Below, in pieces: positions 1 through 12,138 of a DNA stretch of 64,000 nt. A program made the translations under genes and the position numbers. The first letter of the stretch is position 1. Each line of letters begins with the position of its first letter. The stretch comes from Takakia lepidozioides. Its lineage: Eukaryota; Plantae; Bryophyta. The DNA lies in NCBI GenBank assembly GCA_030704615.1, contig CM060732.1:16864001-16928000 (forward strand), read 5' to 3'. Under the pieces are notes generated by a model. The model was not told the DNA's origin, made no database searches, and saw only the letters and a program-made list of their open reading frames with translations.

Positions 1-4
1 CGTA

Positions 5-694
5 TTGGTTTATGGAAAAGCACCTCTGGTGCCGACAAGTTGGGCCGCCCAGGACGTTGAGGAACCGGCAGTAGCGGCGGTACTGGAAGAACGCGAGCGT
101 TTGTTGAAGCTCGCAAAGTACAACATTGCTAAAGCTAGGAAACGGTATAAAAGGCAGGCGAATCGGAAGCGGAGGGAAGTGAAGTTTGAGGCAGGCATAG
201 AGGTCTGGTTGAACATCAAGAATTTCCGACTACCTTCGGAAGTGATCCCAAAGTTCGTACCTCCGTATGCGGGACCCTTTCGCATCCAGAAGGTTATGAA
301 TGAGGATATGTATGAATTGGAGCTGCCGGCAAACAACAAGGTGCATCCAGTATTCCACGTCTCCTTTTTGAGTCCTTACTTCAAAGATGAAGCGCGTCCG
401 AATCGGCATCAAGTGTTGCGTCCGCCACCTGTGCTGTTGGATCATGAAAATGAACCTGAGTACGAGGTGGAGGCAGTACTTAGGTCGAGGAGGTTCAAGA
501 ACCGAGAAACGGAGTATCTCGTCAAATGGAAGGGCTATCATCATGTGGAGGCATCTTGGGTGCGTGCTCAGAAATGGGAAACGCATCCGAGGCGGTTGCA
601 GCTTTCGAAGGACGACCTCAAAAGCGGAAGAAGCGTTGATGGAGACATCAACCTTGGAGCGTGGGGGAGGAAATGCATGCTTAGCCCGGCTTAG
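5..694 (+). pseudogene. Integrase C-terminus plus chromodomain of chromovirus copy A (frameshift near 568)
   Basis: Matches the end of ORF 22388..24280 up to SWVRA, then shifts frame relative to the other copies. Confidence 0.9.
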
Positions 695-1545
695 CTAGTT
701 TAGGAATCCGATTGCAAAAACTTGTATTGTACAAAAATTTGTTATAAAGGAAATGGGTTCCAAATGTTGTGCTTCCTATTTTGTTTGGAATGGTGATGCA
801 TGGTGTGGTTGGCTAGTGTGTAGAATGCATGCTAGCTTACAAAAGTGGGAGAGGTAAATTGGATTAATTGTGTGTTTGCGCAGTGCCGAAATCGGGTGAC
901 TCCCATCCAAGGGGCAAGGAAACTTGCGCCTTCTTTAGGAGTTCACGTGCTAGTGCGCACTAGGCGCGTACGCATACTATAACTGCGCTACCGAGGGGGT
1001 TGCTTTGTAGTGCGGGCTGACGCGGAAGCTACGTGCTTCTGTTCACGTACTATAATCGTGTAGCCTCGGGACGAAGTCGTAGTGCGGCTTCGGTGTGTTC
1101 CCGTACCTCAGGCCAGCATTCCAAGGCGGACCCAATTGTAGTGATTGGGGCGCGCGGTTGGTTCAAGGTTATCTTCCTAGTCAAAGAGGGTTCGAGGTGA
1201 ACCCTTGCTCAAGGTGGTGCCAAAAGCAGCATCATGAGCGGTCGCAAGCAATGTTGTTGCAGTAAGGCGATTCGATCCTCGGGGAGGATTGATCCTTGGC
1301 CTTGAAGTAGGCCAAGAAGAGTGCACTGGGAGGAGCTTGAGAAGCTCCACCCTTGGCCGGGACTTGGAGGAAGTCGGCCGAACTAGCTAGTGGAGAGTAG
1401 AGTCAAGTGTGGAGTTTGATTCTTTGCCATGGGACGCCTTGGTATAGAAACAAACTCCTTGATGTGAGACGCCACAACTTGGATGTTCGTTTCCACAAAA
1501 TGGACAAGCCGATGAGGACATCGACTCCCTGTTGGTAGGGGTGTG

Positions 1546-2270
1546 TGTCGCGGCCCTTTGCCTTGAGGGCAGGGGGTCGGGACACAAGAGGGGCTGCCCC
1601 TGTGGAGGGGGCAGTGGCAGCGATAGGTATGGGGGGTTGAAGCACCCTTGAGTGCCCAAGGCACTCAAGGAGGCAGAGGCGCTCACTAGGTGGAGCCCCG
1701 CACACCGGGTTGCGGTGGGGGTGGCTCCACAAGGGGGTGGTGGTAGCTTAGCGGGACTTAGTGGGGGTGGCATAGGACTCACCCTGGGGCGGAGACCTCG
1801 TGGTGGGAGTCAAGGGGAGTCTTGGGACTCATCACGGTCCATAGGGGCGGTGGTGGGTGGGCCAAGACTCACCGCGACTCGTCACCGGGAGTCGAGGGTG
1901 TTCGTGGTGGTTCGCCATAAAATGGCATGGTTGTTTGTGAAACCCCCGCAGACAGCTACAAAAGTATATATAGGGAGTAGTAACCCCGAGAACGGTGCAA
2001 GCCCGTTGGTGACCAAAAACTAGTGAGTAAGCGAGCGAGCCGGAAAGCGACCAAAGAGTGGGGAGCTGTTCCGGACTGCCAACTACCAAAGGGAATTCCG
2101 CTGGTTCCAAATCGTTGGAGGGTTCTTTGGGAGATCAAAGGGGGACCGTTATGCCCCGATGAGCAGCCGGAGCTCCAAGTTTGCCCGGCGGCCAGGTTGG
2201 GAGTTAGGCGAAGCATCAAGCGAGTAACTATGACTTGAGGGGAGAGCTAACCGAAGTGAGGTGCGCGACA
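1546..2270 (+). repeat. 3' LTR of chromovirus copy A (725 bp, TG...CA)
   Basis: Starts TGTCGCGGCCC after GGTAGGGGTGTG and ends GTGCGCGACA. Homologous to 6217-6942, 20755-21482 and 27005-27729. Confidence 0.93.
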
Positions 2271-5200
2271 TAGATGGCCGCAAAAGAGTAGTCACGCTAC
2301 CGTGTGGGAATGGTGGCGAAGTTTTACGAGTGTCGGAAACGCCCAACCCCGTGGGAGGGCGAATAAACCTTCTGTCAGCAAGGGAGTGGGCCGTGGAGGA
2401 GCCACACGAGCCCCAGTTTTTGCTTTACGTAAGACAAGTGAAGGAAAAAGGCGATGGGGAGCCGAGCCCAGATTGGATCAAGGGGATTTTGGACAAATAT
2501 CAGGATGGGATGCCGGAGGATTTACCAAGCGGCTTGCCACCGCGAAGAGGAGTTGACCACAAAATTGAGGTGATACCGGGATCAGAGCCGCCTGCCAAGG
2601 CACCCTACCGGTTGAGCCACAGAGAGTTGGTCGAGCTGAAGACTCAGCTCAAGGATCTAATGTCAAAGGGGTACATCCGTCCGAGTAAGTCACCTTACGG
2701 AGCCCCGGTGCTATTCGCAGACAAGAAGGATGGGACGCTGCAGATGTGTGTCGATTACAGGGCTCTGAATAAGGTGACTATCAAAAACCGATACCCTTTG
2801 CCAAGGATCGATGACCTCTTCGATCGGTTGGCAAGAGCGAAGTATTCCAGCCGGATCGATTTGCGCTCCGGATATCATCAAATTCGAGTGGCGGAAGGAG
2901 ATGAGGAAAAGACCGCGTGCAGGACAAGGTATGGTTTCTATGAGTTCTTGGTGATGCCCTTTGGGCTCACCAACGCACCCGCAACCTTTAGCACACTAAT
3001 GAACAGCCTTTTCCAGGAGTGGTTGGACGAATTTGTGATCGTGTACATCGACGACATCTTGGTGTACCAGAAAACAAAGGAAGAGCACCTGGAGCACCTC
3101 AAAAGGGTGTTCCAGAAATTACGGGAAGGGAAGCTGTATGCCAAAGCTTCAAAGTGCGAATTCGGGGTCACAAAAGTGGAGTTCCTAGGGCATGAGATTA
3201 CACAGGATGGGATCAAAATGGATGACAGGAAGGTGAGAGCAATCTTGGACTGGGAGCCTCCGACTTCGATCCCAGGAGTGCGATCCTTCTTAGGACTCGC
3301 CTCCTATTACCAAAAGTATGTAAGAAATTTCGCCAAGATCGCGGGGCCGATGTTAGACTTCATGTGTAAATCCAAAGTCTGGGTATGGAACACCTTTTGT
3401 GGCCAAGCTTTTGCCGAGTTGAAGCAGCGGATGGCGGAAGCTCCAATCCTGAAAATCCCGGAGTTCGACCGCCCATTTCAGATTCATACGGATGCGTCGG
3501 ACTTCGCGATTGGAGGTGTACTCATGTAGGAGGGACGTCCAGTGGCTTACGAAAGTAAGAAACTGAATGAAGTGGAGCGGCGGTGGCCAACGCACGAGAA
3601 AGAAATGAAGGCAGTGGTGCATTGCCTTGAGATTTGGCGCCACTATATTGGCACCAACCCGGTGAAGGTGTTCACGGACAATGTCACGGTGAAGTATTTT
3701 GCCACGCAGCCTAAGTTGTCCCCAAAACAAATTAGGTGGCAAGACACTTTGGCACTGTTCGACGTGGATATCCAGTACAAACCGGGACGGGACAATGTGG
3801 TGGCCGATGCTTTAAGTAGAAAGCAGCAGCTCTCGTTGGTGTACAAGGGCGAGACGACGCTCCAAAGGATGATCCGGAAGGCTTGCCGGAAGGATGAGCT
3901 GGCAAAGTCCGTGATGCAGGACTTGAGGATGGGGGTTAAATCGCAGTTCCACTTGCAAAATGGACTGCTCCGGTATAAGCAAAAGCGTCTCTACGTGTCG
4001 AAGGGAGGGATCAGAGATAGCCTCTTGAGAGAATGTCATGATGGCCCGCTTGCGGGCCACGGCGGAGCCAAGCGCACCGCGGCACTCCTGAAGAAAGAGT
4101 ATTTCTGGCCCAAACTGAGGGAGGAGGCAGAGGAGTATGTCAAGACATGCACCACATGCCAACAAAACCGGAGCGAGTATAAAAAGCAAGCGGGGCTGTT
4201 ACAACCCTTGCCGATTCCAGAGGGGTCTTGAGAAAGTGTCTCGATGGACTTCATGACTGCTATGCCATTGTCAAAAGGATTCGACGCAATCATGGTGGTG
4301 GTGGATAGGTTCAGTAAAATGGGTCATTTCATCCCCACCAAGGAGACGACAACGGCGCAGGAGACGGGGCGACTTTACTTCGCCCACGTCTTCAAACATC
4401 ATGGACTCCTGAAGGATATTGTCTCGGACCGCGATCCAAAGTTTACTAGTAAATTTTGGAGGGTACTTTGGAAGAAAATGGGGACGAGGCTCAAAATGAG
4501 CACCGCCTTCCGACCTACGACGGACGGCCAAACGGAAAGAGTGAATTCCGTGGTGAAGCAGATCTTGCGGAATTACGTGTCGGCAGACCAATCGGACTGG
4601 GTGGAGCACTTGGATGCGGCACAGTTCTGTTATAATAACACAGAATACTCCGCAACGGGAGTTTCCCCTTTCGTATTGGTTTATGGAAAAGCACCTCTGG
4701 TGCCGACAAGTTGGGCCGCCCAAGACGTTGAGGAACCGGCAGCAGCGGCAGTGCTGGAAGAACGCGAGCGATTGTTGAAGCTCGCAAAGTACAACATTGC
4801 CAAAGCTAGGAAACGGTATGAATGGCAGGCGAATCGGAAGCGGAGGGAGGTTAAGTTTGAGGCAGCACGGAGGTCTGGTTGAACATCAAAAAATTTCGAC
4901 TACCTCCGGAAGTGAGTCCGAAGTTCGTACCTCCATATGCGGGACCCTTTCGCATCCGGAAGGTTATGAATGAGGATGTGTATGAATTGGAGCTGCCAGC
5001 AAACAACAAGGTGCATCCGGTATTCCACGTCTCCCTTTTGAAGCCTTACTTCAAAGATGAAGCGCGTCCGAATCGGCCTCAAGTGTTGCGTCCACCACCT
5101 GTGCTGTTGGATCATGAAAATGAACCTGAGTACGAGGTGAAGGCAGTGCTTAGGTCGAGGAGGTTCAAGAATCGAGAAACGGAGTATCTCGTGAAATGGA

Positions 5201-5310
5201 AGGGCTATCATCATGTGGAGGCATCTTGGGTGCGTGCCTCAAAAATGGGAAACGCATCCGAGGCGGTTGCAGCTTTCGAAGGGCGACCTCAAAAGCAGAA
5301 GAAGCGTTGA
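2271..5310 (+). pseudogene. pol (RT-RNaseH-IN-chromodomain) of copy B, broken by stops at about 3527 and 4229 and a frameshift at about 4867
   Basis: ORFs 2261..3529, 3542..4231, 4244..4882 and 4879..5310 are collinear with the pol of copy C. Confidence 0.93.
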
Positions 5311-6216
5311 TGGGGACATCAACCTTAGAGCGTGGGGGAGGAAATGCATGCTTAGCCCGGCTTAGCTAGCTCAGGAATCCAATTGCAAAAACTTGTATTG
5401 TACAAATTTTGTTATAAAAGAAATGGTTTCCAAATGTTGTGCATCCTATTTTGTTTGGAATGGTGATGCATGGTATGGTTGGCTAGTGTGTAGAATGCAT
5501 GCTAAGCTTACAAAGTGGGAGAGGTAAATTGGATTAATCGTGTGTTTGTGTAGTGCCGAAATCGGGTGACTCCCACCCAAGGGGCAAAGAAACTTGCACC
5601 TTCGTTGGGAGTTCACGTGCTAGTGCGCACCTGACGCGTGCGCGTACTATAACTGCGCTACCGAGGGGGTTGCCTTGTAGTGCGGGCTAATGCGGAAGCT
5701 ACGTGCTTCCGTTCACGTACTATAATCGTGTAGCCCTTGGGACGAAGTCGTAGTGCGGCTTCGGCGTGTTCCCGTACCTCAGGCCAACATTCCAAAGCGG
5801 ACCCAATTGTAGTGATTGAGGCGCACGGTTGGTTCAAGGTTATCTTCCTAGTCAAAAAGGGTTCAAGGCGAACCCTTGCTCAAGGTGATGCCAAAAGTGA
5901 CATCACGAGCGGTCGTAAGCAAATGTTGTTGCAGTAAGGCGATTCGATCCTCGGGGAGGATTGATCCTTCGCCCTGAAGTGGGTCAAGAAGAGTGCACTG
6001 GGAGGAGCTTGAGAGGCTCCACCCTTGGCCGGGACTTGGAGGAAGTCGGCCGAACTAGCTAGTGGAGAGAAGAATCAAGTGGGGGTTTGGTTCTTAGCCA
6101 TGGGACGCCATGGTGCGGAAACAAACTCCTTGATGTGGGACGCCACAACTTGGATGTTCGTTTCTACAAAATGGACAAGTCGATGAGGACATCGACTCCC
6201 TGTTGGTAGGGGTGTG

Positions 6217-6942
6217 TGTCGCGGCCCTTTGCCTTGAGGGCAGGGGGTCGGGTAGTAGAGGGGCTGCCCCTGTGGTGGGGGCGGTGGCAGCAGTAGGTAC
6301 GGGGGGCTGAAGCAACCTCGAGTGTCCAAAGCACTCGAGGAGGCGGAGGCACTCACTAGGTGGAGCCCCGCACACCGGGTTGCGGTGGGGGTGGCTCCAC
6401 AAGGGGTGGTGGTAGCTTAGTGAGACTTAGTGGGGGTGGCATAGGACTCACCATGGGGGCGGAGACCTTGTGGTGGGAGTCGTGGGGAGTCTTGGGACTC
6501 ATCACGGTCCAAGGGGACCGTGGTGGGTGGGCCAAGACTCACCGTGACTCATCACCGGGAATCGAGGGTTTTCGTGGTGGTTCGCCATAAAATGGTGGTG
6601 TTGTTTGTGAAACCCCCGCGGACAGTCACAGAAAGTATATATAGGGAGTAGTAACCCCGAGAACGGTGCAAGCCCGTTGGTGTCCAAAAACTAGTGAGTA
6701 AGCGTGCGAGCCGGAAAGCGACCAAGGTGTGGGGAGCTATTCCGGATTGCCATCGACCAAAGGGAATTTCCACTAGGCCCAAATTGGGAGAGGGTCTAGT
6801 GGAGGAGTAAAGGGGGACCGTTATGCCCCGGTGAGCAGCCGAAGCTCCGAGTTGGCCCGGCAGCCAGTTTGGGAGTTAGGCGTGCGCATCAAGCGAGTAA
6901 CTATGACTTGAAGGGGAGCTTACCCAAGTGAGGTGTGCGACA
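6217..6942 (+). repeat. 3' LTR of chromovirus copy B
   Basis: TGTCGCGGCCC...GTGTGCGACA, homologous to the other three LTRs. Confidence 0.93.
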
Positions 6943-8014
6943 CCATCACAATGAATTTGGGGGCCAACTTGGCCAACTTCTACAACCATGCGAACATGGT
7001 GTTAGACAAGCTACCACTTCCACCCAGCAAGGTCATCAGCTCCACAGGGCAGGGCGGTTCCAGCAACCTGCCAGCCAGCCAAAACGGGGGATATCGGCCA
7101 ATGGCCCTTCTTGCGCTGCAACATGAGGGCCCGCACAAGCTGGGCACTGCAGGCCTCCTTGGCACGCAGCCTGTACCCGAGCGTGGGAGGCAAGGGCCGC
7201 CCGATTCCCAGCATGCAACAGATACTACGAAAGGAGACTCCAACGCCATGATAGTCAAGCACCCGAATGCGTAAACAACAAAGGCAACCCATAAGCAGCA
7301 GAGCTACCCAACGGACAGTCGTACTCTGCCACCAGCATTGCTACTCTATCTCTTGGCTAGCTCTCTCGTTGCTCCTTCTCTTCTATGTTGGCTATGGCCC
7401 ATGTGTTCTCCCTTTCTTATCAATGCAATGTGCACACATTATACATGATCATTTATGTCTCTACTACCCGCCGAGCTCCCCCACACCACTATACACCCAA
7501 CTCTTACACACAAATCTCTCTGCCGATCCCGAAGCACCCCAACTAATAACTAAACCCTCTATGCATGGCCACCGTACCCACATCCAAAGCTCCGCTCACC
7601 CCCAACACTCGTTGTGCTCCGCCGGCTGGAACATCCCATACTCCCCTCCCCACTCAAAGCTCTCCTCTCTCCTCCTCTCGAGATCCCACTATGCTCTGCT
7701 CGACGACAACCTGCACTGACCATACCCGTTACACGAGGCCCGCTTGCAGGGCCTACCCGTGCCAGCCACTTCGTCACTCCCATCCCCACCGCTCGACACC
7801 TGTCCCGTCACCTTTATAAAAACACCCCCCCAAAATTATTCAAACCCAATCCAAATAATATGCCATATACGCTTATAAACCAAAATCCGTATACGCGGAA
7901 GGCTAACGGCCCTCTTACCCCTTTTCCCCCACCGACCAGTCATCTTTACCAAATTACACCCCTTATAAAAACACTAAACCTATCTCTCTACCAACCGATG
8001 TCATAAAACCGTGG

Positions 8015-9750
8015 ATGAATGTACCCCATCCAAGTCCACCACCTATGCAATGCCTACCCCCCCACTACCTCATGGACACCTCCTACGCAAACAAATATGT
8101 TCTGCACCTCTACAAAGGGTCACCACACAGGCTACCCCCCCCCCCCCGCCAAATAAATTGGACGATAATGTACCCCAGCGCGACCCAGCATCCAACCCAT
8201 CCCCAATATATTTCCCCTATACACTCCACCGCCACCAGCTCTACCATTTCCCAACCTACCCACCAAAATCTTCTATCATTCACTAGCCCTCCACACATCC
8301 CGACAATCCGCCATACGCACCACCGGACCAACTTCCTCATCCATGGTCCATATGGCAGACATTACAAACACCCAGTAAAATCTAAACATTATTTCCATCA
8401 CCCTCCCAACCCTAACTGCGCGTATATGCATACGAGCCTAGACCTAAACCTCTTGCGGTGTGGTGATATCCACCCTAACCCGGGCCCAACCACCATTACT
8501 GAAATTATCAGAAATCTATCCGCAGATGAACAAGAGAGATATGCCCTATACTTTCAACCAACCGCCATCTCTCTTATGCATAGCTATCGCCATATTCTCG
8601 ACCACTTCACCCCTTTTCTCCCAAACTGCCAAAACCCATATGGCACACCCCCACACCATATTACAACCTTTGGACTACCCCTAAACAGTTGCCCAACACT
8701 CACTACAGCCTTATTTAAACTCAAGACTTTCTCCGCCCCACAGATCATTTTCTCCCTTATCTTACCATCTCCCCTCTCCCAGAGACATGTAACGGATACT
8801 TTAACGCTCACTCGACCTCTAAAATCCGCTCTCTCCTACGCCAACTACACATACTGCCCCCGCTCCCTACTCAATACATGGCCCCTCCTCACTACTTAAC
8901 CGAGATCCATACCTCCCTCAAACTATTGGACTCCCAAAGTTCATAAAATTCTAGGGGATCAGCTGGCATCGGTCTCCACATCTAACCAAGACTACAACCA
9001 CATCACCAGCAAATTCCCCTTCCTCTCTACAAACATTATTACTGCCACACTCAAAGCGACCACCCCAATACCCGGCTACAAATCCCCCAGCTACACAAAA
9101 CAGTCCCATTGATCCCCCTCCAAGGGCGGTGTTGCATTGGGCATCCTCCGCACACACCACTTACCTAGTACCACTACCAAAATCACAGTCCCTATCCCCA
9201 TCCGTTCACACCTACAAATTATCCAACTACACCCACCAGCGCTATGCCCCATCACCCTCATACACTTATATATGCCCTCTCATGCCAACGACCTCCCCCT
9301 CATACCGGAAATACTACACACACTCTCCCACACAGTCACCCACCCAGATCACCAACACCATCATGTCATCATAGCAGGGGACTTTAACAGGGCACTATTA
9401 GGTCACTTATACAATGGTACTCACAAACCCCCTCGGCCCCGGACCACGAATGGGCCAAATTCACTAAGCTCCTAAAATTTAAATATATCTCCGCCGATTA
9501 CCACTACTCCTGACAAAGGGGTCTTCACTATTCTTCCCTAAGCCTACTTGACGGCTTCTACCTCAGATCTAGTAATGAAATCCCCACATACCTCCACAAC
9601 CACATTCATATCAATAGCCTATGCAACTCCAATCACTACCTGATCTCTATCTCTCTCCCCCCATCTCTTATCCCATTCCGACCCATCCCGGATGTACACA
9701 CCCCACCCCCTCAACCCAGAATTCTCTCACCTATTCCACAAAACAATCTT
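8015..9750 (+). mobile_element. Degenerate non-LTR retrotransposon (LINE) ORF2 5' region: 2A-like motif plus apurinic-type endonuclease
   Basis: LLRCGDIHPNPGP at 8450-8488. Endonuclease motifs KGGVALG (about 9122), LYMP, IIAGDFN (about 9370), SLLDGFY (about 9541) and SNH (about 9628). Strong C/A strand skew and several frameshifts. Confidence 0.75.
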
Positions 9751-10712
9751 AGGACTGCTTAATGGATAGCAATGCTATCACATAAACCAGTGTTGGTAAC
9801 CAACGTGCTCTTCCTCTACAGGCCACCTGATAAATCTTTATCACCCCTTTCTCCAGACCCCACTCAGGGTCAGCATCATGCACTCTCTTAAGAATGTTTT
9901 CTTTACAACCGTCTGGCAATTCCAAGAACCTCTGAAAGAATTGTTTGGACAATCTTTCCTTCTCAGTTTTACAGGGAATTTGATTCACATCAAATTCATT
10001 AATTCTCCAACCACCATGATCCCACCAGATGCCTGTCACATCTGGTTGTTCATGACCCAGGTCCCCAGTATGGTCGCCAAATGTCGAGCGGCTGTTACTC
10101 ACCCATCCCTTCGCTATCCGAGGTGGAAACTCCAAAATAGAAGAGTTGGATATCTCTAAGCACTCAGCCCGCTCAGTACAATCAGTCATGACTTGCAGCT
10201 AGTGAATCATGGTTGTGCTTCCCATTTGTATTCCTTCTTGCCTTCATGTTATCAATTTACCTTATCTGATACTGAAGCATCAGATTGCTTCAGTATCTAC
10301 TTAGTTCCAGTTTATCATGCATTCGTTTTACAACTTCCCTCATGTCTCTCTACACAGTGTGCTTGTATCGAATAAGTATCAGATTATGATTTATCAGGAA
10401 CTAGGCCAATGTCAAGGTGACTCTAATCCGCCCTACAGTATCACTACAGCTCTACATGTAATAAGCATCTACTGTTCATATTTTCTCCTTCTTTGTCCTC
10501 TCGTTCTTGCTCTCTGCCTGATCTCCTATTTTCATCACCCAGAAATGCTCCCCGTGAAGTGTCCCTTCTTTCCGTTGCTGCTCCCCTTATCTGCCCGCAA
10601 GCTGTTCTAACCACCTAACTAATTAATCGCCATCCCTGTAGTAACACGTTCCTTCTGCAGATGTCGTTCCCTCACAGTCGTTCCCTGTCAATGATAACTG
10701 TTCCCCATGTAC

Positions 10713-10970
10713 TGTGACAGGCTGTGTCAAGTTGTGCCGAGCTGTGACTGGCTGTGTAAGGCTGTGTCGGCTGTGTCGGGCTGTGCGAAGCTGTGGCGGC
10801 TGTGACTGGCTGTGACGGGCTGTGCGAAGCTGTGGCGGGCTGTGACTGGCTGTGACGGGCTGTGTCGGCTGTGACTGGCTGTGACGGACTGTGTCGGCTG
10901 TGTCGGGCTGTGACGGGCTGTGTTGGCTGTGACTGGCTGTGACGGGCTGTGTCGGGCTGTGTTGGCTGTG
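10713..10970. repeat. Minisatellite of 9-10 bp units (GGCTGTGTC / GGCTGTGAC)
   Basis: Directly visible tandem array. Confidence 0.95.
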
Positions 10971-11706
10971 TAACCCCCCTAAAGCCTGCTGCTGCCACCT
11001 CTAAGGCTCCTGTTGGTCTCAGTCTGCGCAAAAATTAAGGGTATCCCACAGAACCCGTAAAAGCATCTAAGTCCCAAACAACCCTCTAACAGCTTGTATC
11101 TGACGAAGGGGGGGTGTCCAGGGCAAAAGATACAACCCATTCTCATATATGCAACTCAACCAGCTCAGCTGCACTCAGTCCCAATTATACCATTCCAGTT
11201 GGGCGGAATCAGACCACACATGAGCCTATCTTCGGAAGATATGCAGTAATGAATCCTGAGGTTGGGAGTCAGTCAAATTTTCCAGTCTTCATGCCTATGG
11301 AATTGGTGCCGCTGACCCTTCTAAAATATTTCATAGCTTGTTCTCATACACATTCCCTGCACCATCCTTCTAAGGCCCACCACTACAACACACCCTATGT
11401 AATTTCGACGATTTAGTTTGACGCTGGCGTTGACTGTTGTCACTTTCGACTGTTCCAACCATTTTGCGGTCAAAAATTTATATTAAAATATTCGAGGTGC
11501 TAGACAACCGCGAAAATTTTGACTGTAGTGAGAGATTTTGACTACCTAAAATGAGCTGACTGAGACAACCAGTTAAGCAATGGCATGTGTAATCACAATA
11601 TATAAACTATATATAGCAATATATACGTGGATAATAAGAAGTAAAAACATTTAATATTTTTTCACTGACCCAGCACATTAATAGTAAACTAATCGTGTGC
11701 TGGTTA

Positions 11707-11950
11707 AGGTTAGTGAAACAAAACAACTGAATTATCTGAACGAATGATAAACAAACGCCTTGCTGGCAGCTATTGGATGAACGTATGAAAGGTTAGTGAA
11801 ATAGAACAACTGAATTATCTGAACGAATGATAAACAAACGCCTTGCTGGCAGCTGTTGGATGAACGTATGAAATATAATTTGTGTGCACTGGATGAACGT
11901 ATGAATGAACGATAAAGCAAACGCCTTGCTGGCAACTATTGGATGAACGG
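11707..11950. repeat. Tandem repeat of about 83 bp (two full copies plus a partial)
   Basis: AGGTTAGTGAAA...AAACGCCTTGCTGGCAGCTATTGGATGAACGTATGAA is repeated. Confidence 0.85.
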
Positions 11951-12138
11951 AAAATTAAATGGATGGATGGATAGATTGATGGAAAACCCAAAATCCATCC
12001 ATCTACGATACATTCATCCAAATAATTCAAAATGGATTTAGGATTGCGGGATTGCGTTCAGCGATGAGTAAGTTATGGGACTTGATCGTTTTGCTGTGTT
12101 TGCGTGGGAGGATCTGCAGGATATGCAATAGCTTGGGT

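Larger units (their letters stand above)
1..2270 (+). mobile_element. Ty3/gypsy chromovirus LTR retrotransposon, copy A (3' part: integrase C-terminus, chromodomain, 3' UTR, 3' LTR); continues off the left edge
   Basis: ORF 5..694 has the GPF motif, VHPVFHVS and a chromodomain (YEVEAVLRSR...EYLVKWKGY). The sequence is closely similar to 4671-6942 and to the reverse complement of 20755-23030. Confidence 0.95.
2271..6942 (+). mobile_element. Chromovirus copy B (from the protease/RT linker to the 3' LTR), interrupted at its 5' side by copy A
   Basis: Internal sequence TAGATGGCCGC follows LTR A directly. It carries RT (YIDD), RNase H (TDASD), integrase (HHCC, D-D-E) and a chromodomain, then an LTR. 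Confidence 0.95.

Noticed and set aside
9749-10189. 146-aa minus-strand ORF, possible gag remnant
   Set aside because: No diagnostic motif could be recognised by eye.
10672-11031. 119-aa repetitive ORF
   Set aside because: Translation of a minisatellite.
11381-11530. Mini CACTA element (CACTACA...TGTAGTG)
   Set aside because: Only a 7-bp TIR match and the flanking trinucleotides differ (CAC vs AGA), so there is no TSD.
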